Positions 49,601 to 60,918 of a stretch of DNA of 64,000 nt are shown piece after piece. This stretch comes from Selaginella moellendorffii (lineage: Eukaryota > Plantae > Lycopodiophyta): the NCBI RefSeq assembly GCF_000143415.4, contig NW_003314261.1, positions 5,296,360 through 5,360,359 on the forward strand, read 5' to 3'. Both the position numbers and the translations under genes were made by a program. The stretch's first letter is position 1; each line of letters opens with the position of its first letter. The notes below the pieces were generated by a model, which saw nothing but the letters and a program-made list of their open reading frames with translations, had not been told where the DNA came from and did no database searches.

Positions 49601-51030
49601 TTGGGGCTGATCAGCAGCGTGCTTGGCCTTTGTCTTCGGCTATTTCCTCTTCATCTACGTTACGCCCGTGGATGTCAAGGTAGGGATTCTCGCCACGAAT
49701 GTAGCTAGATTTTGAGAAATTTCTGATCACTTGGCTCGCAAGATCCTACAGGGAGCTTGAAGCCAAGCCGCTACGCCGGAGATTCCTTTAGTCCAGAGTA
49801 AGTGCCAATCTTTCTTTCCTCTTTCATGTCGCATTTTTCTAAAACAAGTTCTTAGCGGATCTACCTTGGCATTGCTTACTCTGGCTTGCAAATGTAGGCT
49901 ATTTGCAAAAGACGCTGCTAAACCATACTGGGATACCGGGCGAAGTTCAAGCTACGATGTCAACTTATCGATGGGAATAAAAGGAGCTAGTTCCTACTCG
50001 TAAGTTTTTCGATGGTTTTCTCTTGGATCTTCGCTAAAGGAAGTATCTACAGGTGATAGCACTGGTGGAGCCGATCATTTCCACCATCTTTTTGAGGACC
50101 GAGAACCGTGTGGCTCATCGCTCCTTGAATCACCAGCCAAAGTATAGCCTCGTCACCAGGGCCGGAGAAGGCTACAGCGTGACTGCGCGCTGTCCTCGCT
50201 CGAATTCGAGTCCTCGACATTAATCACGTTTGTAGGTAGTGTTGTTCCTTTGTTCTTGTACGTGCTGTCTTTGACGACTTCGTCTCGCAGGCATCAAAGT
50301 GTTTGATACTCACGTTACGGTCAAGGCGTTTGGCCTCTCCAGCTTGGTAGCTACATCGCTTTTCTGTTCTCTCTCTTCCAGCGTCTGAAATTCTTTCTTG
50401 CATTCGGGAATGCTTCGCAGGATCATAGTCTCTCTAAGGCAAAAGGTTTGCTTCGTTTATCCTTAGCGATCAAGGATTAAAGTATCGGAAATGTACTTGT
50501 GGCCCAGAACAATGGAAATCAACGTCATAGAAGATCCGAGGTAAGACTTAGCGTGGAAGTCGTACATATACTCATGAATACCTCTCAGAGCGCTGTTGCG
50601 GAAAGTCAAGGTTGTCGGGGCGACGGGAAGTCTGCCTGACCCATACGCGAGTGGTGAAAGACCGTTTGCCAAGAAAACCGTGAAAAAGAACACTCTCAAT
50701 CCAAATTGGAACGAAACCTTTAACCTTTGGAATGTCAAGCTCTTGAGCTATTTGTTTAACTGGGCAAAGGTACGTGACGAGGCTTCTGATTCATTGCAAG
50801 CCCATCCAAGCTAGTGTTTACGGGGAGAAGTTGCTAATGCCGTCGAAAAGCTCCAGAAGGAAATGGTTTGGTGCCGAAGACTTGGAAGGCAAGCATCACA
50901 CGAACTGAGGCTCGCGTTTAGAGGCAAAGCAAAGAAAACCAAGGTACGCAGAGTCCTCCCTTGATTTGGTTTTTGTTCTTTCTCTGTTGTCTTTGCTGGT
51001 GGTTTCTCAGGCTATAAAGAAGAACAGAGA
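49601..51030 (+). pseudogene. Degenerate tandem duplicate of the synaptotagmin gene
   Basis: Collinear exon and intron matches to 51895-53880 (e.g. ggatgtcaaggtagggattctcgccacgaatgtagctagatt), with start TTG and many deletions. Confidence 0.92.
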
Positions 51031-51894
51031 TAAAGAACAACCTTCAAGTTCGAAAGATCTCTTAAAGAAAATATAACAAAAGAGGTTTGAATGAGACTGT
51101 ACTTGCGTTATCTTGACATTTGTACTAACTTGGCTGCCTGCGCATACCATTTTCGCTCAAATCTCTCGAGCACTGAGTTTTCTCCTCCAATGGCATTGAA
51201 GCTTACCTCGGGCAATGCTGAAGACTTCCCTGATGAGTTAAGTTCGTCTTTTCTTCGTTTTCACAGGAAGAACTGGTGTTTTCACATGTTGTTCCAGAGG
51301 CAAGATTCAGAGCTTACGCACGAGGAAACTCCGGCTACATCGTGAAGGCAGCCACAAGAAAGAAAGATCCTAGCTCATGGTCTCCTTTCTTTCAGGACAC
51401 TAGCGGACGTAGAAGCAACCTGTCGAAAGCTCAAGTTCAAGCGGTTGATTTTCAAGCCGAGTTTCTAGAGCTCGAAAAGCAAGCTCTCCAATCCAGTTTG
51501 CAGGCATTTGTTTCGTTCAGGGTGACATACACACTTGCCAGAGGAAGCCGCGCGAACGATGGCATCGCATTGTGCTCTCTTCGATTATTGTTAACTCTAT
51601 TATATATTTATTACCAAATTAGAGAGAAAAAGAGAAAGAGAGAGAGAGTGTTTCTCTATATCAAAATGTTAAGAGCGGCTAGTTATGTACTAAGTTCACG
51701 GACACACGACCAAGTGCCCTGCCACTTGTCCTTCGATGGGAATATCCATGTCTTTGTTGACAAAGTGTCGGCGGATATTCCACTATCCAATACTTAGTAA
51801 AGCGCGTTTCAGGGGAGAGAAGTGTGAGGCTTCTACATATGGACACGAGGCGCCGGTGAGAGAATAGGGTTTTTCTTTTCTTTCGCGTGCGGCG

Positions 51895-54180
51895 ATGGGG
51901 TTGATCGGCACCGTGCTGGGCCTTGTTGGGTTCGCCTGGGGAATCGGCTTTGGCGTCGTCATTGGCTACTTCCTCTTCATTTATTTCACGCCTGTGGATG
52001 TCAAGGTAGGGATTCTCGCCACGAATGTAGCTAGATTATGAGGAATTTCTCATGTGCTGATCGCTTGCCTCGCAGGATCCTATAATCCGACCTTTGCAGG
52101 AGCTCGATACCAAGTCGCTGCAGGAGCTATTGCCAGAGATTCCTCTCTGGGTTAAAAATCCAGACTATGATAGAGTGAGTGCCAATCTTTCTGTGATTCC
52201 TTTCTTCGATGGACGATCATGGTCGCATTTTCTTTTGCCAGGTGGACTGGCTAAACAAATTCTTAGCGGATCTTTGGCCTTTCCTTGACAAGGTGTGATG
52301 CTTGAACAATATGGCTAGATTTTATTATATCTTACTTTATGGTTGCATGACTTGCAAATGCAGGCTATTTGCAAGATCATTCGTGACACTGCCAAACCAT
52401 ACATTGATGAATACGGGGCGAAGTACAAGCTACAGTCGTGCGAATTCGAGGCCTTGACATTAGGCACGCTGCCACCGACGTTTGTAGGTAACGTTTTTCA
52501 TTTTTCTTGTTTTTTTTTTTTTTTTTTTGTTTTTACGACTTCTTCTCGCAGGCATCAAAGTGTATGATACTCAAGAGAAGGAGATGATTATCGAGCCGTC
52601 TCTTAAATGGGCTGGAAATCCAAACATTCTCGTTGCTGTCAAGGCGTTTGGTCTCAGAGCGACTGTCCAGGCTAGTAGTTACAGCGCTTTTTTTTCTCTT
52701 CCAGCGTCTGAGCTTTTTCCCTTTCTTCAGGTTGTCGACTTGCAAGTGTTCGCCACCGCACGCGTTACGTTGAAGCCCCTTGTTCCTGCATTCCCATGCT
52801 TTTGCAAGATCATAGTCTCTCTAATGGAAAAGGTTTACTTCTTTTTTTTCTCCTGTTTAAGTTCTTTTGACATAACATTCCTGCCAGCCTCATGTGGATT
52901 TTGGTTTGAAACTTCTCGGTGGCGACTTAATGGCAATTCCAGGGCTTTATGCGTTTGTCCAGGTTTTTTGGAATTCGAAAAAAAAGTTTTACCTCTGTAC
53001 TCACAAAGCTGATTTCTCAGGACCTGATCAAGGATAAAGTCTCAGAAATGTACTTGTGGCCAAGAACACTGGAAATCAACGTCATAGACGATCCGAAGTA
53101 AGAATTTAATTCGGGGACATCATACATATACTTATAATTAACTCTCAGGGCGGTAAAGAAACCTGTTGGAATGCTGGAAGTCAAGGTTGTCAAGGCGATG
53201 GGCCTCAAGAAGAAAGACCTCATGGGGAAGTCTGACCCATACGTGAGGCTGGTGCTCGGTGAAGGACCCTTTGCCAAGAAGAAAACGACCGTGAAAATGA
53301 ACACTCTCAATCCAGAATGGAACGAAAACTTTCACATGCTTGTTCTGGATCCAGAATCTCAAGCTCTTGAGCTATTTGTTTACGACTGGGAAAAGGTACG
53401 TGGTTCTACTACAAGCATTATAACGAACTTAAATGGGCTTGCAGATTGGATCCCATGACAAGATTGGTATGCAAGTTGTTCCATTGAAAGGCATCGTTCC
53501 TGGTGAAACAAAGACTTTGACATTGGACCTGGTTAAGAGTATGGATCCCAATGATCCAGCAAATCAGAAGCCTCGTGGTCAGCTTACAATTGAACTGACT
53601 TACAAAGCGTTCAAGGAGGATCAAGACATTCCAATCGAAGAAGAAGATGCTAATGCCGTCGAAAAAGCTCCCGAAGGTACTCCCGAAGGAGGTGGTTTGC
53701 TTGTTGTGACTCTCCATGGTGCCGAAGACTTGGAAGGCAAGCACCACACGAATCCTTATGTGAGGCTCACGTTTAGAGGCGAAACAAAGAAAACCAAGGT
53801 AAGTAGTGTCCGGTTGATTTGGTTTTTGTTCTTTCTCTGTTTTGTTCATGCGTGGTTTTTGTCAGGCTATAAAGAAGAACCGAGATCCCCGATGGGATCA
53901 AGAGTTCCAGTACCTTTTAGCGGAGCCACCAGTGGAGGACCGCTTGCGAGTGGAAGTCATAAGTAAAGCAATGGGAATTGGAGTCCATCTGCGTGTAAGT
54001 TTTTCTAGCCATGTACTTCCAGGAACAGCCTCTTAGTTACGGCAAATGCAGGAAAATCTGGGATACGCAGACATCAATCTTGCGGACGTGGTGAATAACA
54101 AGCGGATCAACGAAACTTATCAGCTGATCGACTCCAAAAACGGCAAGATTCAAGTCGAGATGGAGTGGAGAGCGAGCTGA
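51895..54180 (+). CDS. SYT: Plant synaptotagmin (SYT1/2-like; TM-SMP-C2A-C2B), multi-exon
   Basis: 'PEIPLWVKNPDYDRVDWLN', 'LTLGTLPPTF', 'KKKDLMGKSDPYV', 'EDLEGKHHTNPYV', 'LIDSKNGKIQVEMEWRAS*', with short introns. Confidence 0.96.
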
Positions 54181-54379
54181 GCCAACACAGCGGGAGACTG
54201 TTCGTGGCAGCTGCTTAAGAGGAATCAAGTCATCCGGGCGTGAGCGAGCGTAAAATAGCGAAACAATAAACAATCCATCATAATCTCTGTACAGTTTGAG
54301 CACTTTTCTGAGCTGTTGTAACTAAAGGTTTGATTGGAACTAGTCCAATGTGATGTTAAGACTTGCCACAAATTATTTT

Positions 54380-55060
54380 CTATAAAGCTTCCCTACTCTT
54401 TTCTGCCTTAGAGTTCACGCAAGCACACGATCCGTCAAACAAGTAGGCAGGATCATACTTGAAGCCCTTGTTCACCTTGACATCACCCACACCATTGATA
54501 GCCTTCCTCGTCTTTACACTCTGCACGTAATGATCGTCGTCCGTCTTGACTACTTTCACACCACCGCTAGCGCACACCTCGTGATCAAAGTCCTCTACCC
54601 TCATGTTGAAGCAAGATCGTTCGCATCTTCTAGACTTGTCTCCCCGGTCTTGCTCGCTCTCAAAGTTGCGTGACAGCAGCAAGTTTGTCATGCCCTCGTC
54701 ATGGGCTTTCTCCTCTCCGGCACCGCTCCACTTGGGTATAGTTCCTCCAAAACGTCTCCTCGCTCATGAGCTTGGGGACGTTGTCCTCAAAGTAGCGCCG
54801 GAAGTGAGGCTTGAGCTGGTGTGGGGCGTGGGCATGTGATCGGCTGACTGCCGGAACTGGACCCTCTGCTTCTTGAACAGCCGGACGGTGATGCCATCTT
54901 GTTCGCTCGTTTCGAGCATCAGGTTTGGGATTTGCCGTGGGTGGCAGCGGACACAAGACTTTTCTACTCCACGCACCATGTTCTTCGTAGTGGTAGTCGT
55001 CGTTCCCAGCATCACTCGTTCTTCTTCATCATCAAGGCTTGCAAGACAGAATGGAATCAA
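54380..55060 (-). pseudogene. Degenerate BSD-domain (TFIIH p62/TFB1-like) fragment
   Basis: 'KPHFRRYFEDNVPKLMSEETFWRNY' resembles a BSD motif; the frames are broken. Confidence 0.45.
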
Positions 55061-55233
55061 GTGCTAGACAAGATGGTAGACCTGTCTCATACAATTGCTA
55101 GAAGTCCCGATGCGTTTTAGCGGCATTGCCCAGCTTGAGAGGCCATCTGTTGAAAGGTTCGAAGACCACCACCTTTTATCACCAGTGTCTGTTTTAAGAA
55201 AATTAAAAGAGCTTAAAGAAAAAAAAAATTACA

Positions 55234-55306
55234 TGGAGATGGGAGGTATCGATCCTCCTACCTGTTATATGCGGAACAACTGCTCTACCATTTGAGCTAC
55301 ATCCCC
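55234..55306 (-). tRNA. tRNA-Ala(CGC), atypical (C33)
   Basis: 73 nt cloverleaf GGGGATG..GCTC AAATGGTA GAGC..GTTGT TCCGCAT ATAAC..GGAGG ATCGATA CCTCC CATCTCC A. Has G3:U70, A73 and a downstream oligo-T terminator. Confidence 0.88.
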
Positions 55307-55491
55307 TAATTGTTATAATACACATATAAACTAAACTAAGTCAAATGAAAATAGTTCGTTTATAATCAAGCTTATGTTTGATCTCTAGCCGCTCAACCAA
55401 GCATATGATCAATACACTCAAAAAAGAAAAATAAGAAAAGGAATTCATTTTTGTTTTCCTTTGCTAAGTTTCTGTCTCTGTGCTGGTTGCC

Positions 55492-56727
55492 ATGGACGAG
55501 CCAGAGGCTAGACTAACAGATGCCAAGATGGCTACTGAGTTACCACCCGGCTGACCAGTGGCTCTTTTTCAACAATTGGACATCTACACAAAGATGGCTT
55601 AGTTTGATGCAGCCAGACATTTACTTCTGTTGCTCATGGTTTGGATATCTAAGCCATTCTAGGTAATAAAACTCTAAATCTCTTTTGATGCTCTCACATT
55701 TTCTATTCTACTTTTTGCAGCGCAAACTTTTGAAAGTGGAGAGGACAAAAGTAAGCTGCACTTAAATGTATACTACTTACCAAGTTACAAATATAGATAC
55801 TTGAAGCAGAGTTTTTACGTATTGCAAGTCTCTCATAGCATCAGGGTCCAGGAATTCCACTTGATTGGAATGGATTTGAGCTTCAACTTCCTTGACGAGT
55901 TGGTTCACTTTTCTTTTAAGAGGAGAATGTAGTCATGGTTCGCATCTACTACTGTGTTCATTAAACCATCTGCTAGCGAGAGAAAAGGTTCCAAAGCGTT
56001 ACTGTGGACAGATTAAAGCCTCGAGATGCAAGGATGTTGGAGGCGCTGGTGATACTCCCAAGCCAAGCATTGGCGCAGCCTTACTCTGAAACCAAGAAAC
56101 ACACTGACTTTCTCATATTTGCTCGCCGCCAAGTCGCCCTCGGCGCTAGAGCATCTCAATTGATCAAATATCTTGTATTTATATGAATCATTGGTAGTAT
56201 TAAGTGTCTCAACAGGCTGGTGTTTTCCTTTGTGCACAGATAAAATTGCTGCACTAATTTGAATTTTATATAAGAAGTTGAATACTTTTTAACCTCTTGG
56301 CTCAACATGTTTCTATAGCTCTCTATGATGCAAATTTAACAAGTCGGAGGAGACCGAAGAGGCAAGTGTTCCTCCTTTTCTTGCATTTGAGTGATGAAAT
56401 TTTAGGCTGGCATAGATGATAGGTGATACTGAAGATCTCACCCACTATTGCTTCTGGTGATCAAAACTGGTCTGGAACTGGCAGGATGACAAGAGAGAGA
56501 GAGGCTGTGGAAGCTCTTGATCTACTATGTACAGAGAAGTTGGAGGCTCTTCTGAGGTTAACACATTGAAAAGAGCTATGGTTGCTTTTAACAAATACAA
56601 GATCATGAAGAGGAAGTTGAGGCGATTTCTCAGCGAGATGCTAAGGAACAATGACATCGAGTGGCTACAAAAGGCGGATGCTGAAGGTTTTCCCCTCAAC
56701 TCCTTAACCTCGTATGATCAACCTTGA
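55492..56727 (+). pseudogene. Possible degenerate multi-exon gene, unidentified
   Basis: Exon/intron-like pattern and a coding-like terminal frame 'REVGGSSEVNTLKRAMVAFNKYKIMKRKLRRF'. Early stop; no family recognised. Confidence 0.25.
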
Positions 56728-57702
56728 ACGTGGAACAATTAGTCTAGAAAGCGTAGAACTTTTAAAAGTGTAATTGACCATTGTTGAACATTCAGCTGAC
56801 TCAAGCTTGACTCCTCCGTCACAACCATGGTTGACTGTTATATCAGTGGCTCAAATTTGACAAGCACTAGTCAACCTTAGTTGACTATCTTCAGAAGACC
56901 CCCTGTGGATAAAAACAGTGTAGAAAGTTCTTTCTTTTACCTTTGTGTACGAGAGTTGTGTCACTCCACCGATTGGGGTGCCGCAAAATCAAATGAGGAT
57001 TGTATGATTCGTGCCAAGACATTGATCCTTGTTTTAACATTTGCAAGATTTTAATCGATGCAATGCAATGCAATGGAAGTGACATACCTTCTTCACCTCT
57101 TTCTCCGCGTTCCTACCGTATACACATGTTTATAGTAACCCTAATTGACGAACATAGAATATTCACTTATGCATCTCTGCATTTCCTGCTTCTGGTTCTT
57201 GGTCTTGATGATCACGTAGGAAGCAGGATCAGCATCATGATCATCGGCAGCAAAGTAGACGGTCTTGACAATCCACTTCATGAAAACATTAGGGCTGTTG
57301 TCACTGTCCAGGGAAATAATCGTTGGGAGCGTTCTGGTTCGGCTGAAAGTTTCTGTATATGTGGCCTACTTCCAAAATAACAACAAAGAAAACGCTAACG
57401 ATTGTCCGTATGTACAGAAATACATTGTTGAAAAATAATGACGAACAAAAACAAAAGAAAGCCAAGTGAACATCATCATCATCAATTAGTCAATCAAACA
57501 AACCAAATAAGTAAACAAACCTGGGATCGTGAACAAAACCAGCCAAGCTGAATATTCTACGTCGTAAAGCGTGATAATATTCCGTCAAGTGACCGTGGAG
57601 CGTGAGAAATCGCGGTCGTACGGACATTCGCGAGCGAGGGAAAGAGAGGAAGAGCTAGACGAAAGAGAGGGAGAGACAGAGGAAAGAAGGAGCGAGCCGG
57701 CA

Positions 57703-60700
57703 ATGGCGAGGAGGAAGAATCGGAGGTGTTCGCCGTCAGCCGATGATCGCGATGCTGCTCCCGCCGCCGCCGCTCCTCCTCCTTCTCCTCCTACTCCACC
57801 TCCGCCTGGAAATTCCTCTCCGCTGGTGTCGCTCGAGATGGAATCCAGCACAATGCAGGAGATCACGCGCGTCGTGGGGAGGATCGTCGTCGACAAGCCA
57901 GCTATCCAAGAAGCGGAGGCGCCGCAGCCGAAGAAAGATCCACCCGGAGAGCCGCAGAAGCAGCAAAATGCACAGATTTCGCAGCCGATCCATCGATCTT
58001 CGCAGCCGGCGGATGGATCCGGCGGGACGAATCTTGCCGCGGCTATGCATGGCGCTCCATCGCGGGCATTGCTTGTCTCTGGGATCCCGCAGCACATCGT
58101 CGACCCTCTGGTGATGCAAGATCTGGAATCTTGGGGTCCCATTCGATCTTTCTTCCTCGGCGCTCGAGCGCAAGGCTGTATTACGGTCTACTACTACGAT
58201 CTTCGCCACGCGCAGGACGCGCTTCTCTCCATCCGGTCGCAGTACTTCTTCCAGCAGTGTAATCCGGCTCGTTTCGCGCAGCATTCTTACCAGAATCCCC
58301 AGAATCACCAGGCTTTGGCTGGCCCCTCGCAGCCGCCACAGCAATCTTGCGGCCCAAAGCCATACGAGCCGGTGAAACACGAGCTGGCCAACATCGGATT
58401 TGTCACCGAGGATCATCTCCATCGCCAGCAGCAGCAGCAGCCCGAGACGATCCCTCCTTCGGCTTCCAAGTTTTCTCCCTTTGCGATTCCCTTCGTCAGC
58501 GATCTCAGCTACAGCGAGGGACGCGGATTGATCGGCGGATACCCAGCATGGGCGGAGTTCGTCACTATCTCTCCCTCGTATCCCTTGATCGATTCGCCCA
58601 ACCAGGGGACCTTGGTCGTGTTCTATCTCCGGATGAACATTACTCACGCCGAACTCGCAAGTATCTTCAAGCAATACGGTAAGCCCATGCATTTTCAAGA
58701 ATTTGAGCATAGAACTAGACCATCGCACTGAATTGCTTCCAAGACTGTAGCTTCATGTTAGTCCAGTTTTGATTTGAGTTTATGCATGAATTCTTTGTGG
58801 CTTGAGTGATTGTTTTTGTGTGTCTAGTTTGGTATTAGTCCAGGTTTGCTCGCGGATTTGCTTTGGATGGTTTTACGTGATTGTTTTTGTGTGTGTCTAG
58901 TTTGGTTTGCTCGCGGATTTGCCTGATATCATAGTGGATTCTTGGATAGCTTATGTATGAATTCTCTTGTAGTTTCTTCGCCAACTATAGTTCTAGTCTA
59001 GCGAAAGCCTCTATTCTAAAGTTTTCAATCTTCTTTTAACGCAGGTGACGTGAGAGAAATCCGCGAAGCCCCCAGCAGGAGGAGCAGATTCGTGGAGTTT
59101 TACGACATACGGGACGCTGCCCGGGCCAAGGAAGCTCTGGACGGGGTCGAGGTATTGGGACGGCGGATTAAGATCGAATTTAGCAGGCCGTGTCAACCAA
59201 GGAACTCCTACAACACCACCCCGGCCTTATATCCTTCCTTCGTCCCGTACTACCCGTACTACTACAACGCAAGCTCCGCCACGCCACCGTACCACCAGCA
59301 CGATCAAACTGCTGAAACGGCATACTACACGTACGGCCCCTCCCCGCAATACGATCACGCCGCCAACACCAGCACTGCAGCAGACACCGCCTACAATTTT
59401 GGAAGAGCCGCCGCATTCCACTATTATGTTCCAGGGGCATACAACCTTAGTTACGCTCTCGGTACCGGGTACTATGGCTATCCAAACTACAGCCACCACC
59501 ACTACCAGCAGCAACAGCTTTACGGATATTACAACCAGCAGCAGCAGCCGCAACAGCAGCAGTACTCCCGGACGTACGCTAGCGCTCCCCCACTGTTGCC
59601 GTCACCACGGTTTAACGCGAGCGTACCTCGTGGATATGGTCGGGCTGGACCAGCGGCGGCCTCGGTCACCACCAGGCGGCGCTTTGAGATCAGCGCTTAC
59701 AATCAGCAGCAGGCAGCGTCGGTCAGAACCCGGGACGAGAGCGCTGCCAGTGCCAGTGGCAACCTTGGCGATGGCAGAGGCTGCATTGTCAGCTTTTCTT
59801 CGGAGCGCATCTACGAAGAATCCAAGTGGACTGGTAGGAAGCACAGGGTGGTGAGAAGGATCGCAAGGGACGAGTCTCAGTACGTTTTCAACACGGGGGA
59901 GGACGAGGAAAGCGGACGTACCACGCTGATGATCAGGAACATTCCCAATAAATACAGGTAGACTTGGTCGGATATATGCTTTCTGATCGTTAGCATTTCA
60001 CCTCTTTTCTTTTGTTGTAGCCTCCGCATAGTGATTCGGGTGCTGGACCAGCACTGTATCACCTACAACAATGGCCTGGGAGAGGACGAAAAGGTTTCTG
60101 CTTACGACTTTGTTTATCTCCCTGTGGATTTCATGTAAGCCACGAAACCTTTACGCTTGCTTTCTTTTCCTTCATATCGATTACTGTCGTCAGCTATGAT
60201 CAATTAATACTGGAGCTATGCGCACGCAGGAACAGATCCAACCTTGGATACGCCTTCGTTAATTTCACCACGGTGGTGGCAACCAAAAGGCTGCACAAAG
60301 ACTTCCACGGCCGACGCTGGGAGGAATTCAAGTCCCGGAAAGTCTGTCAGGTTGCTTATGCCCGGCTCCAGGCGAGTAAAACTCTAGAACCAAACGATCT
60401 CGGTTAGCTGATCTTGTAAACATTGTTTTGCTACAGGGCCGAGAACAACTAGAGGAGCACTTCAAGAACTCCCGATTTGCCTGTGACACCGACGAGTACT
60501 TGCCGCTGGTGTTTAGTCCTCCAAGGACGGGCTTGCAGTGTTCTTCGCCAACGGTGGTGTCCTCCTTGGCCGCGAGAAAGGCCGGGGGCAAGCGTCTGGA
60601 GATTAAGTCACTCGATAATGCATTGCCGACTCCAGATCCATCGCAGGAGGCGACCGAAGCGCCACAGACAAGCATTGATCTCGAGTCGGGATCCGAGCAG

Positions 60701-60838
60701 CCGTGGGAGGGCGATCAGATTGACGACGACGACGACGAGAACTTTGAGTCTGAGGATCTGGAAGAAGAGCTGGACGAAGACGATGACGATGGTGGATCCT
60801 CGCAGGATAATGACGAAGATGGAGAAGGCAACCAGTGA
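57703..60838 (+). CDS. TEL1: TERMINAL EAR1-like / Mei2-like RRM protein (exons 57703-58678, 59045-59957, 60021-60134, 60230-60371, 60437-60838)
   Basis: RRM1 'VYYYDLRHAQDAL', 'NQGTLVVF', RRM2 'FVEFYDIRDAARA', Mei2 RRM3 'RTTLMIRNIPNKY...YDFVYLPVDF..NLGYAFVNF...KVCQVAYARLQG', with the TEL-type insertion after 'LDQHC'. Confidence 0.93.
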
Positions 60839-60918
60839 GAGTGGTGAGCGCTCTCTGGAAGAAGTTAACGCCAATGGAATAAACATTCTTCATTCCAGAT
60901 TTTAGGGTTCTTGGCAGA

